Positions 1 to 13,100 of a DNA stretch of 64,000 bases are shown here, in pieces. The stretch covers positions 1-64,000 of the forward strand of contig JYFJ02000590.1 in NCBI GenBank assembly GCA_000934665.2. Reading direction: 5' to 3'. Each line of letters starts with the position of its first letter. Position 1 is the stretch's first letter. The position numbers and the translations under genes were made by a program. Source of the DNA: Catajapyx aquilonaris. Its lineage: Eukaryota. Below the pieces are notes generated by a model. That model was not told the DNA's origin, did no database searches, and saw nothing but the letters and a program-made list of their open reading frames with translations.

Positions 1-93
1 TGCCCAGACATATGACTCCTATACTTAAATCGATCCTCTGGTGGCTAGGAAGGCAGTCATATACGTCGGGGCACTGAGTTCAGATACACCCTG
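1..93. mobile_element. Fold-back MITE truncated by the window start (CAGGGTG-type TIR, TA-flanked)
   Basis: Right end GATACACCCTG followed by TA (83-95). Internal arms TGCCCAGACATATGACT (1-17) and AGTCATATACGTCGGGGCA (55-73) are near-perfect inverted repeats. Confidence 0.55.
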
Positions 94-932
94 TATACAA
101 AAAAACTGATAGTAATTCAACGACTTGGTGTTGCAATATTGTCACATTCTCAAGTTTCATCAAAATTTAAACTATTCACTCCATATTTTCCTACAATTGT
201 GCCACAGAATTGGTACAAAACGTGTCACCCAAGCAAGCCCCACGACTCCAATTACTTGGGACGCAAGGAGATAAAAAAGCATCAAGGCGGGAAGCGACCG
301 TCCAGGATTGGGCCGCGACCTCATTCGACCATAATCGCCGTTTAGGACGTACACATTGGCCCGTTCCATCTATGACACTATTACGACGTCTTTTTTACGC
401 CGCCTTTTCCACTGCGAATGACCGCCGTTTGGTTCCCCCAGAAAAAAAAGTGTCTACCCATTTCCTCCTCCTGACTGCTCCATTGCTAATCAGACCACGT
501 CAACAAACACCATTATCCCCCCCAAAACACCCACCCCCCCAAAAATTCCCCTCCTTTTCCCCTCCTATTCACCATTCCGTATACATTCTATTCAATAAAG
601 TAAAGGATGCAGGGTTCACTCCGAGTCCCGAATTTACGATCGCCGCCTCGCGCATTACATGCTCTCTGGCCCCATACGATCCGATATGGCTGTCATGTCG
701 AATAAATACGGTCTCGGAGAGAAGAGTTATTTACGAGCCCTTTTCTGGGCCTGTCCGACTATACTCGGACCAGAGGAGGAATATTTGTCGCCGACTTGGT
801 GGCCCCGCCACAACCATCACCTTCCAACGTTTTATACCCATGCGGCCATTTTGCCTCCGTCCAAATGGGACCTCTTATCTAGCAGACGGTGTATAAAAAT
901 AAGGGGGGAGGAATACCAAACGTATTTTTATA

Positions 933-981
933 CAGGGTGAGTCACAAATGGTTAGATTGGACCAATATCTGACTCACCCTG
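933..981. mobile_element. 49-bp miniature Tc1/mariner-type MITE
   Basis: Perfect 12-bp TIR CAGGGTGAGTCA / TGACTCACCCTG with TA on both sides (931-932, 982-983). The interior GGTTAGATTGG-A-CCAAT resembles the arms of the 46134-46398 element. Confidence 0.75.
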
Positions 982-3900
982 TAAGTTTTCATCTAAAGTC
1001 CGGCCCTTTCTGCGCGTCTGATCACATGGCCTCAGAAATTTCTGCTCAAACCCATCTGGTCCTAGTTTTATTTTTTTGGAAGGAGGCCCTAGTTCTTTCC
1101 CTGGGAGCCGGCCACGGTGTAATCTTCCTGAGTGTCTATGATTCATGAATATGACCAGGTTAGTGTCTCCAATCGCTCGGATCGATCGACTTGGCATGGT
1201 AATGGAGATTTATCGCGCCATCTTTTGACGTAGCCTCCCGCCTCCTTTCCTTGCCCTGGCTTCTATCCTGTGTGTAAAATATAGATAATATTGTCCTTGG
1301 ATTATGGATCTGGTTCTGGTCTATTCTTCAAAAAAAACAAGTGTCAGCTCTCGTGTGACCATTTTGTTGACTTGGGAAATGTTTCCCGCACACGCCTCCC
1401 AAAAAATTCCCTAATCACTTCTTCCTGTCTCTTACTCCCTCCCACCTTGTTTTTTCCCATCACTCTAGCTAGCGCGTAAATATTTCAACGCACACGTTTC
1501 CGCACTTACCTGCTAACAGCAACATCCAAAGCCCCTAGGGGGACACCACACTATGCACAAGTCTTGTTTCGCCCAGCACCCCCCATGAACCTGCAATTAT
1601 TCTCTCCACACACCCATAAAAAGTCCTTCAACTACACGAAGCAAAACCCAGTCAGGTGCGCAAATTTGTTCAAAATTCACTCCCCCTCATTTTCTTAAGA
1701 AAATAATTACCACGCCCCATTAATCATTCTCCAAACTTTCCACTCCACACTTTTTTCCACCCAACTTCCTTTTTTTCTCCAGCAGTTACTGAGGAAAAGA
1801 GGTGAGTTTCCGTAGACATGCAGCAGCTGCAATGGAACCATTTCCCTTCCAAACATCTGCCCTTTTGCTCCTATAGGCCCGTTGCAGCCATGTCGGCAGA
1901 AAGAGAAAACTCTCTTCTTCTTCTTCTTTTTTTCAGGGGGGTACATAGGACCTTTTTTTCCTTTTTTCCGACCGGCAAAGGTGGGGCCCCCAACACCGAG
2001 GAAATCACACCCCGAGTGGCACGCCATCGTTCTGTGGGCCAATCTCCATGAAGAATGCAAAGACGTCCCATTCAAATGCCTAGAGTCAATACACCCGAGG
2101 CCATAAACCTGTCCACGGGGACGCACAACCCTGGATTAGTAGGCTAAATCGGACTTCTTTGTGTAGGCAAGGAGTCCATGAAAATTCACTCTCCCCTCCC
2201 CCGCTTTCCTCCACTTTTTGCACCCCTTCTCCCGTTGCAAAAACTCTGCAGTCTGGTTTTTTTTTCGCGAAACCGAATTTTCTTGCTGGGTCGCTCCCAG
2301 GGTATGAAAATCGCGACTTAAATTAAGTGGGCGCTTATCATCTCGAGTCATCAGATCTGAAATTGTTTGGGAGTAAAGAGATTATCTAAAAGTAGTTAGG
2401 GAACTGGGGGTTAAGGTAGGAAACTTTTCTAAGGGGAGAGGAATAATCGGTGCACCGCAAACGGGGTAAAAATTTGCTTCTCGCAAAAGCAGGTTGGCTG
2501 AGTTCTATGGTTTTTGGTAAAAGGTTACGGTATGACCTTGGCAAATGAGTGTCAACATAGCCTGGTGCATAACATTTGACACAATAGAGCTAGATGTAAA
2601 AAATCATTCAAAACGTAATGTCACTAGTTATCTGGAACAACACTACAAGGTTACAGTACCATAAAACCTGCTATTATAAAAGTAAAAAAAATAGCACTGA
2701 ACATATTTTAGTTATGTAAGGCTTAATTACTCCGGGGCGTCAAGTATTGGTTTCAATGGTGATCGGTTCTGATTTCGCTGATCTGATATTTCGGCTGTCT
2801 CGATCCACCCTGATTGGATGAAGATTAGTTTCACCCCTGCCAATCAAGCTAACACAATAGCTAAAAACCTGGTGTTACTCGCAAGTGTTGAAGGGTCATG
2901 TTGTAAGCTCTAACAGCACATTATTATCTCGTTGAACGCACACACGCAACAAGAGTATTTCAACAGGCAATGAATCCACTCTATGTATTAGCGTGGTATT
3001 TGCAAATTAAATTCGAATCATATGTAGGCACGATATAGCTTTAAAGTGACGCCCAAAGTTAAACAATTTCCGGTGTCCCTATGATAAGGCGTGATATGCA
3101 AAAATTGCTAACTAAACCACACCACCACACACTTGACTGTTGTTAAATGATGCACACTTACAAAGTAATAATCCGGTGCAGTTTTATATCTGGATGTTGA
3201 CACATCACTTTTAATAGCTATCGTAAAACGTGTCCATCGCAATACAAAATGAGCGTTATGTGTGGCATTCAACATGACTGCATCGGCCGTTAACCCACTC
3301 TTTTTATGTACTGTAGTACAAGGTCCGCTCGAACATGAAACTGATCAAAATATTCTAAAATTTGTGTCAAACGACACCTTTTAGGGTCCATGAATTTGGT
3401 GGAAAAGATGCAGCACACTTGTCATCTGGTCCAAAGCCCCTATCGGCCAGTCTAGGTTTCGCAAAACCGATCTCCCAAATTAGCACATCGGTCTGGGCCG
3501 ATTCGCGACTTCCTCCGTCGGTCCCAACAATCCGCCAGAGTGAGAGAACCTAGCTTTTCCTCTCTTGTCAAAAGCCAGAAGCGTGCTTGTCACCTCCCAA
3601 CATCTGCTCTGCCTCTGTCCTACTCGACCTCTCAAGCTGCCTCCCACAACTTTTGGCCGCTTGCCAGGGTTGGGTGGATGGGTGGGCCACACCCTTTTCC
3701 CTAAAAGTTATACAACCCGAGAGACACGAGGTTGGGGGAGGGTGGCGCAGAAGGGAACAGCTGTTGGGACACACGAGGGAGAGACCAGCCAGAGACAGAA
3801 ACTAGTAGTAGTAGAGAGAGAGAGGGAGAGAAGATGAGAGGAGAGAGAAACGCGCCAACCTACAGTGTGATTTATTAGCCAGAGATACGGGGAATGGTGG

Positions 3901-5900
3901 GAAAGGTACAAGGACCAGCTTGGGGGACTTGGGACTTGGGGAGTAGGGTGGCGGGGGGAGGGCATCTAATATGGAAACTTTAACTACACTCTCAAGTTAG
4001 GTTGGAAGAGGTTGGGTGGGGAGGGGGGTAAGTGATCCAAGTTATGGTGGTGGAATAGCCTGGGTTCAAGTTAGTAAGGCGAAGTTTCTTGCTGCATGTT
4101 TGGGTGGCTGGGGTGGTTGCGCTAATCAGCCAGGATTTACGCATTAATTTATTCTTCGAATTATATGGGAGGGAAAGGCACTTGAGTTAGTATACACGAC
4201 GTCTGTTACAAGAAACACCCTGTATACGCCTGAAGGGACACCTTCCTTTACCTAAAACTCAGATATGCCCGATTGCATCTTTTCATGAACAAATGAACTC
4301 AAAAACTAATTTGTATACAAGTGCCCTACATATAGGATGCTATGCACACTTTTTGAAACATTTAACTTATGGAATAACAGGCTGATCCCATTACTCGAGT
4401 GAGACTAAGATGTTAATTATTTTCAGTACACCGGATTTTGGGAGTAACCTAATTTGCGCCCAGCTTTGAACCTCCACCTCACATCCGGAGCTTTACCCAT
4501 TTACAAAGGAATGGCAGGTTCACACACACTCCGGTTGAAATAAACTCTCCAGCAATCCAAAGCCCAACGTCAGGAAAGTTTCAGACCCACACCGCTTTTC
4601 AGAATTGATCATGCAACTGATCCAAACCCATTCTAACGAACACCCAAGCAATTAATATTATTGCACCCCAAGGTCTCCAAAATTTACAGCCTGCCACGGC
4701 GCGCCAGTCTACAAGAGAGTTAATACCCCATTTCAGTCATTATAGCGGTCGTGTCTACCACCAGTCCTCTGAATGCACTTTCTATCGATTCAAAGTCACA
4801 AAATGCAGTGTGTGTGTGTGAAGTGGACTGGAATTCTCGATGCACCCGGAATGCGCTCCAAATATTTTGGAGGATTACGAGGCCCCTCGCATTAGGCCTT
4901 ATTTATCTGTAAAAGCTGCGAAACGGTATCAGCTGGAAGAAAACGGGCTCCGATGCCTCTAATGGACCGTCACACGGTTTCAGACCTAGGGCACAAACTG
5001 GCCTCTGCCTAATTTCATTAGTGGAACGCAAAGGCTTCTCCTTCCGCGTTTTGCGACAGGGAGAAAATCCTGGTCCTCCTCTCTAAGACAAGGGGAAGTG
5101 CTAATATCGCTAATATCCGCGGAATTACAGCATAATTATGGACTACTGAGCTTAATTTCGGGGTTCCTAAAGAGATTATCCGTATCGGAGTAGCGCATGG
5201 AGCCTTGTTTTTCCTCGCGGGGGTAGCAGGAAGTTGGCATTAAAATTAAAGCCGGATTTCAATTATCTCTCTATTATAAGTGACGCGCAAATTATTCATA
5301 AAGCGCGCGTCCGTCAGATTACTACACAAAGTTCGCGTGTTTTTTTCGATGCAAGAAATTACAAGATCTTCGCGGCAGTTTAACGTGCTGACTCGACTCT
5401 ATTTGAGACAGATGGAGCGTCTCAAATCTCCTACTTCTTTTTTCCCCCTTTGCTTCTACTCGACTCTAACTCCACCTCCAGCTCGCCTTCTCAACAACCC
5501 ATGAAATTACAATGCGTGAAGAGCCAAGCCAACTGTACATCTTCCAACAGAGACGACACTGGGAAGCTCGCCTATACCAGATTGCCTTGTGGGGGAAGGA
5601 AAAAAAGTGTCCCTGATGCAGTTTCTGTGTCCCAAATACCTAACAATCGATCAATGGCAGCCATAAATATTGTTGTTCCGGCCCAGTTTAGGACCTGAAT
5701 ACAGTAACTTATATCCAGAGAGCAAAATCTGCTCTATTTGGTTTTATGTATGTAATATTAGAGTGAAATTACTCAACCTATTAAATTAATTTTTAACTCG
5801 ATGTGCTTCTGCTTAGAGCCGCATAGGGAGTGGATATAAAAAAGTTGTCTCAAATGATGAAGCTTGTCATAAAATGCATTTCTCTTGTGCCATTTTCCAG

Positions 5901-5966
5901 GAAGACGCCTCAGAGACTTGATCGACTTCAATGGGATACCGACGGTGACGGAGGATTTTTCTCACG
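5901..5966 (+). CDS. DIP-delta: Probable 66-nt coding exon (N-terminal linker before Ig1) of the DIP/lachesin-like gene
   Basis: Acceptor tctcttgtgccattttccAG and consensus donor ACG|GTGAGT. Read in phase 1 it is open: (x)GA-RRLRDLIDFNGIPTVTEDFSH-G. Its final G joins the AG that starts exon 45607 to give GAG (Glu) and keeps the Ig1 frame. There is no homology support for this peptide; the call rests on splice sites and phase. Confidence 0.65.
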
Positions 5967-7073
5967 GTGAGTATTTTTTTATCTTCTGACATTATTTTCT
6001 CGATTCAAAAGCGACAATTTTTACGCGTGTAGCCTACTACATACAGTATGCACTTTGCCACCTGTGTCACACAAATCGCATTCAAAATTATTCCAAAATT
6101 TATAGGGGGACGGTGTAGAATTTAGTGAAGCACGGTGATGAATAGAGACCAAAATGAATGAAAATAATTAGTTTATGGCACCGGGTGTATTAGTGCCAGC
6201 GTTTAATCTGGTAGATGGAGGGGAGGGTTCAAAAGGCAATTACTAATGTAACTTACGGGCTCGATGCAGCATTCAAAAGAGCAAGTAAAGCACTGTAATT
6301 CGAAAGTAAATATTTCAGGGGCATCTACGCCCTGCATGCCCCAGAGCCACTTACCTTCAGCGTCATAGAGTTGTAGGCCTGAAATGACTGCTTTGATAAG
6401 GTTTACTTTCTAAATTATTTTGAGGGATTTTTGGTTTAGCATTAGTTGATTTCCTTCACCAACGATGACTAAAAAGCTCCTCACATGACGCGCGCGGAAT
6501 GTGAATAACAGGCAATGCATTTAAGATGGAAACTTCAGCGTTTGTCAGGGTGTGGAAAATTCTTGAATCAACACCCGTAATGCAAATTGGAAAGATTTTC
6601 TCTCTCATTATTCCTCACCAGCAAGCACTCCGTGTAGGTAGGAACCCCCGAAAAAGGACGATAGAAGGACCTCCAAAAACTTGGGAGTCGGAGCGGTAAA
6701 AAAAAAGCGGATGGAAAAAGCGGGTGGTAGACCCGAGGAGATGGAAAAAAAGGCCTCCTTGCATTCCTTCCATGTTTTTAAATTTCCACAATTGCAGCCA
6801 GAGAAGGCGCGTCGGCACTTGAAGTTTGCCGTCTCTAAGCTGGCGGTAATTCGATTAGAGAATGAAGTTCGTTCTTTTATAGAGAGAGAAAGAGGCGTGC
6901 TCGGACTTTGGAAGCAGGTATTCCCTGGGATGAGGGGGCTTCTATCTTCACCTCTTCTTGCATGAGTGGCCAGCGGGCTCTTCAGACTCTCAGATATACT
7001 CAGCAACCACCTTCGTTTTTTTAAAAAAAAAAAGAGGACAATGAGGCTTAAGGCAATCTGTATGCATTTCACC

Positions 7074-7176
7074 ACAAGCGCTGCGGCCATATTGAATTCA
7101 TGCCGTCAGGTGCAGCCATCTTGAATATATGACGTCAGGTGTGACGTCATGAAATATCAAGATGGCAGACACTTGT
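7074..7176. repeat. Short composite repeat: two tandem 29-bp units plus an inverted copy; probable transposon remnant
   Basis: 7082-7110 TGCGGCCATATTGAATTCATGCCGTCAGG and 7111-7139 TGCAGCCATCTTGAATATATGACGTCAGG (24/29 identical). 7142-7168 reverse-complements to CTGCCATCTTGATATTTCATGACGTCA. Outer ACAAG / CTTGT ends. Confidence 0.65.
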
Positions 7177-10100
7177 ATAACGTTACAAACACGTCAATTG
7201 CTTAGTTTGGGTGTCGGAATACAATGTAGTACAGGTAGGCAACAGATACATATATCTCTAGTGCGATCGATGGCAGTGAATTAACTGCATCGCTGACCAA
7301 ATAATGCGGTGTGACACGCCCACACCAATAATTTGGGCAGGAAGGTAATTGGAATATTAATAATATTGTTCATGAAGTCGCATTCCGTTCTCAAATTAAT
7401 GGAGTTGTTATTTAATACCATTGCCAGCCGACACGTTTTTTTTGCAAAGTTGGTACCAGCCAACAGCGCGTTATGAAATTCTATGCAAATGACCATTGTT
7501 TTATAATAATTGACGCATTGTTTTGTAATTATGAAGCACCGATGCGCCGCTGCGTGAAACAAACTAGCGAAAAGAGCAGCAAGGTCACTCGTCGAGCTGT
7601 CATAATTATTAAAACCAGCCCATTGCAAAACATAACCATTTTCGCCCCCCCCAAAAAGAGTAAGTGAGATGTAGGGTAGGCACTCTGCGTAATGAAAATC
7701 GCGCAAACTGCGTATAGTTGATGCAATGCTTTGCCTGGAATCCAGTCTGTGGCATATAGATGGTGTGTTGAGACTGGTGGAAAGCCCAGAGCGAGTAAGG
7801 TAATCCGACCATCCCATCTGCGTTTTCCATCCTCAGCAGCCTCAGGCCTCTGCAAATGTACCAACAAAACAACAGTTTTGATACAGGGAAAGGGAAGAGG
7901 GGACATTTCAGGGGAGCAGACAAGGCGAAGGGGGAGGGAGGGGGGAATCTTACCTAGCGCTTTAAAACAATGGTGTACTGACGATAATGGATGTTTTGGG
8001 GAAAGTCAGGTCCTTTGTACACTCCTCACCCTTTGGGATAATTAGGTAAACTGATGCGAGCCAAATTAGATCCTCCGACCGACGTATTGAAACGTATTTT
8101 TATAAAACTTGTTGGATATGGTTAATTAGTGTGCAATATATTGTCGTTAGGTTCTTACCAAGTATCCAGTTGTCAGACACAAAAGTTTTCTAGGGCGAAT
8201 TCAATATCACAGTTTAGTTTTCATGGCCTAGTTCAGCATTGTCTTCAAAAATACTTAACGAAAGATCAGAATAAGCCATTTTAAGCGGAGGTTGTTGAAA
8301 AAATTCCCAGGTATTTTTTTGCAAACTTGCCTGAGAAGTTAGCTATAATTAATTTTGTTATTTAGCTATTAAATGCACTTCTAAAATTTTCTGACACAAA
8401 AAAACATATTATACACATAAAACCAAATTGTAATATTTACAGTTGCAAATTGTGAAAATATCGACTGCAGAGGTCATGCGTTGAATTTTTTTCCTCGCAT
8501 TTTTTATAATCTCAAACTATCGAAGGTTCGAGCATTTTTTGTCCCTTGTTGGGTAGTGCGGTAAGAGTGGATGAATAATTTGCATTTATTGAAAACCGTT
8601 GACAAATAATCCTTAATAATTGTGTGCGATATCATTATACCTGCAGTACAAAATAACATGAATTTGTGAACCAAATGCTGATAATTTCACTAAAATTTTA
8701 AATTGCGCAACTTGTGCAATTTTTAAAAAGCAATTTCCTAGCACAATGTCAAATTATTTTCCGTAATGTCATACCTGAAAAAGCATATTTACAACAGGTA
8801 TTTAACCCTTGTTAAATTAGTTTAAATTATGCAGCATATATTCACAACAATATCTGCTAGATTGAATAACCTTGCGCTACTTTTGGCCCCCAGAATGTGA
8901 GTTTCTCCCGTACAATATAACATCTGACTGCGCACCAGTGCGTTCAAAAAATGTGCGTATAACCAGCAGCCAATATTATTACAAAAAAAGGCTCGCGTAC
9001 AGAAATGGAATGGAGCACGTCCATAACCAGCCCTTTAAAAAATCCCATTGTCATCTGGTCATTGTTCACCCTCTTTATCCCTGGAATAATAGTTTGGGAG
9101 GAAATTGAGTTTCCACCCTCCTCCCCCCCTTCTCATACACGTTAGAACCAGAGGGGGAGGAAACACGAGCCCTCCCAAAGTTTGGGAGGAGGTCCTATCA
9201 CGCAGTTGGGAGCCGTTAAAAATTAGTGTCTAGAAAGTTTGTCTTTCGGACTCGGGAATTGATCAGACAAAGTCCCAGTAAAGCAAGATTCATTGCGGTA
9301 ATACTCACACAGCCCTCCCTTCCCCTCAACCCGACTTCCCCCAGATCCAAAAGATGTAAGTTCGGCCTCCCTCCTTTTGCCGTCAGACTGCTCTCATATA
9401 TCACAACCTGGGTCAGAAAGGTGCAGAGAAAAGTGCGGCCATCAAACTAGGAATAAGGCACATCTGCGTGGACCAACAAAACTTCCTTAATCGATATAAC
9501 GAGTAGCGCCACGTGAATTTTACGCCGCTATAAAAATGGCAGTACACAATAGTCTATCCAGCAACAAGTTTGCTCTCTGGAAGAGCGGAATCACAAAGCT
9601 AATCCAAGACCTCCTAATAGGCTTACAAGAGTATTAACCGGTAAACAAAAGGCCACGGTTCTGGAGAAGGGATTGTGCAAAAAAAAGAGTTCTCACAATG
9701 GGTGACACGAGTTAAGTAGGAGGTTAAATTTATTAAGGCCAACTTCCGCTAATGAAGGTGGAAAGAGTCGCTCTCTCAGAAAATAATCAACCCCCCCGGT
9801 TTTCTAGGCGCACTCAGCCAAGCTTTGCAAAACGCTCAGCCCTGTCCAGGATCAGGAAGTACAGCTTCGTCTTCATCCACTGTAACAAAGGAACGGGCGA
9901 AATTGCAGCTCTTTTCTTCCGCTAATGATGCCTTTCAGCCGGAAAATCATGAAAATCTGGAAATAATGAGAAAGACGGAGGAGGGAGGGGGGGAGGCTGG
10001 GGCTACGTGCTCTACTCCCGGAGAAATCTTTCCCCTTCCCTTCTCTTTGCCGACGAAGCTCTTTCCACTTGACGGAGACACGTCCTTGGTTGCATCCAGA

Positions 10101-13100
10101 AGTCAGGCCTCGGAGTGAGGGGGCCAAGTGCGGCAGAAATGCCTGGACTTGATTTGCACCACAGAGCAATAACATCCACTTTGGGAGGCCTAGGTCACTT
10201 GAAGGAAAAGGACAAGTCGTTCCATGGAAATGTCGAGCACTTGATGGTTGCAGGCCAGAAATAAGGTCTAGGTACAAGCAATCGCAAATGATGACCGCAT
10301 ATCTACTCATGTGAACGCAAATGCTATTGCGAATATTTCATTTTATTTGACCCATTCGGTCATGTATGGGTAAAAACAGCAGCGTATAACAAGTGAAAGT
10401 TCAAACCGGATGGATTTAGACTGATGCTTCCAATATTCAATATATCACAAAAATTAAAAAGTATAAAATCAGCGGGTGCGTGATTCTGCGGTCTAGCGTC
10501 AGGCTGGATACTTATAATGAGTACTGCAACACATTCGGGACAAATTGATTAACTACAGTGAGACAACATTTTGCGTGTTACACCAATGCAATCAACTAGC
10601 TCTGCACATGCTGCATGCTGGTTAGAGCGCTTTTTTATACTAAATATCAGTTAGAGGCAGTTTTTCAAACATTTTATTAATGCATTTTACAGATATTAGC
10701 TATACGACCACGGTTTTCTGACCTACAGGATGTACTGGGTTTCAGTAGTCAATGCATGACATTTTGACAAAAAAAAACAGTTTTTTTGAACATTTACACA
10801 AAAAAATGTCTCCCTTTTTGTAAGGGAATAACAATTGCAATTGAGGTGATAAGTAGTGTTGGATGGTATGCGTCGAGAGGGATTCCAAATCCGGTAGTGA
10901 ATTAGCACTCGTAACACTAAGAATAAATGCGCTTATTTGGATCATGGTGTAATAACCTGCAGTGAGTGGCCTTTTATAGTCAGTATTTTTACCAGCCAGA
11001 GCCCACGCCAACCAGGTTGGAAACCACTGCTTTGTAACCTTGCGTTGAATTCGCTTAAATATTTCAATTATATTACCCCTGAACTGCAGCCACATTACAG
11101 CTCTGTCCTATCAGTTATGTTCCGGAAACCACTGTTAAACAGCCGATAAAGTTTTAAATCAGTTCGCGTAAAATTGTCTAAAATACTTACGGTACTCTAA
11201 AATAACACAGAACACGGTAAATGGCAATATTTATTCTGCAGTAATTATTTTCAATGTAGCAGAAATTATGAAAAAATATCATTGGAAATGCTTCAGCGTA
11301 ATTACTGTGTTTGCGTCATTTTTCACGTCCTATAGCTCATAGAGATTGAGATGATATTAAATTTCACTTCAATGCTAAATTGTCTCAATATTTTTGAGCA
11401 TTACAGTACCGTGTATATATAGTTACTCCAAGCGTTACAGTAGAAGCAAACGTCATTGCAAAATTATTTCCAGAAAGAAATCGATACCATTCTTTGCTTC
11501 AATCATCTCATCGCCTCCAGTAAACTGTCCGTCTACATGACATCCTTCAATCCAAACAAACTATTCAATTATAATGCCCTCTGCAGCACTATCAAGAAGC
11601 ATGGAAACACTTCTTTCTCTCCCTCCTCTCCCGCTCTTTCTTTCTATAGATTTATCCAGCAGCCTAAGGGGTTAAAAGTCCTTCCATGCCCCATCTGAGA
11701 TTAAAAGCGTTTCCTCTTCGGGCGCCACTGGATATTTTCTCTACACGGTTTCACTTGAAATCAGCTCTTTCTATTCCCCGGAAAGCCTAGACATGCCGGG
11801 AGATTTCCTTGGCAGTAGGCCTATCTCCGGTTCCCTAGTTTCCCATTCCCACCCCTCGCCACCTACACTTTCTTAGCTCTCCTGGCGCTGAGGCGTGGCC
11901 GATTTGATGGGTCAATTTCCTGGCGTTTTCCGCCCTGCGGGCCACTTGCTTTTCTCTCACCCCCTCTTGCCATCCCCCCGTCCCACCTCACCCCACACCC
12001 CACACCCACAGACTCCATGTGGAAAGAGGGTGACCAAAAGAGCCATCTTCATTCCTTCTACAAAAACCTATCGCCTATTATAGCGCGTATTGCGTTCCAG
12101 CACAAAAAAGACGCATCCTAAAATATTGGTCTATGCGGACATTTTTTTTTGTACATATATTTTCTTGGGAGTCGTAAAACTTTTTGGCCAAAATCCAAGG
12201 TGCGGCTAAGGCGCCTGGATGTCTGCATCCTATTTTTCGTGCTATGACCTGCCATTTTTGCGTCTGCATAACAGATACGGAGACGTGCAGTCCATCGACT
12301 TCCATTCAAGTTGAGCGTAAAAATTCGCGACAATTTGAATCCTCCCCAATAATCTGCCTGCAGGAAAAAGCCACTTTTGTGTGTCTGTGTGTAGACTGAA
12401 AATGGGGAGATGGCTGGAAAACTTGCAGTTGGAAAACCACCCGCAGTCTTTTTCCAGGGGTCCTCTCCGGTCAACGACTTTTCCAACTTGGAACAAAACC
12501 AAAGCTCCCAGGCCCTTTTCCCTCCGAATCTTGGTTCAGGATTTCCATTAGCGGCGGTGCTCCGTGTGATTATACGCTATTACATAAACGGGGAAGCGAT
12601 GCAAAACAAACCGCCTCCTTTTTTTTTAGAGTGCCGAAAATTTTTGGACACCCTTTTTTGGCTGGTTTGGCACCGCAGCAGCCTAAGTCCATCCATCCTC
12701 CCAGATGTCAATGGACGTTGTCGTCTTTTCCCTGGTCTTATCCGTCTCCCCAAGCACCTCTCCTGCTCTTCCAAGACGACAAGCTGTCGATTTAAGCTCT
12801 CGGATCTGCAAACCATCTCAACTCGGATACTCCTGCCGAAAAGGCAATACTCTCTCGCGTGAAATAGAGAGGTGCAAATGCTTTGCCTCGTAAAAAATTG
12901 AATTTTGAAGAAGAGAAAATCAGAACAGTTAGAGCCGGTTGCAACAGTTCAAATATTATGAAGAAAAGAAAGGTCATTATCAAAACCAGGCTATCTCCTT
13001 TGGTCAAAACTGTGTTAATTCCTGGTTACAGACATCAACTCAACACTAAATTCTTATTTCCAAAATATTGAAGATTTTCACCCAGGTCCACCTCCCATTG

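Noticed and set aside
210..896. 228-aa ORF on + strand
   Set aside because: Non-ATG start, low-complexity Pro/Arg content driven by C-runs, and no recognisable domain or splice structure.
10470..10632. tRNA/SINE A-box-like words (GCGGTCTAGCG, TGGTTAGAGCG)
   Set aside because: No B-box at the proper spacing, no cloverleaf, and no tail or TSD.
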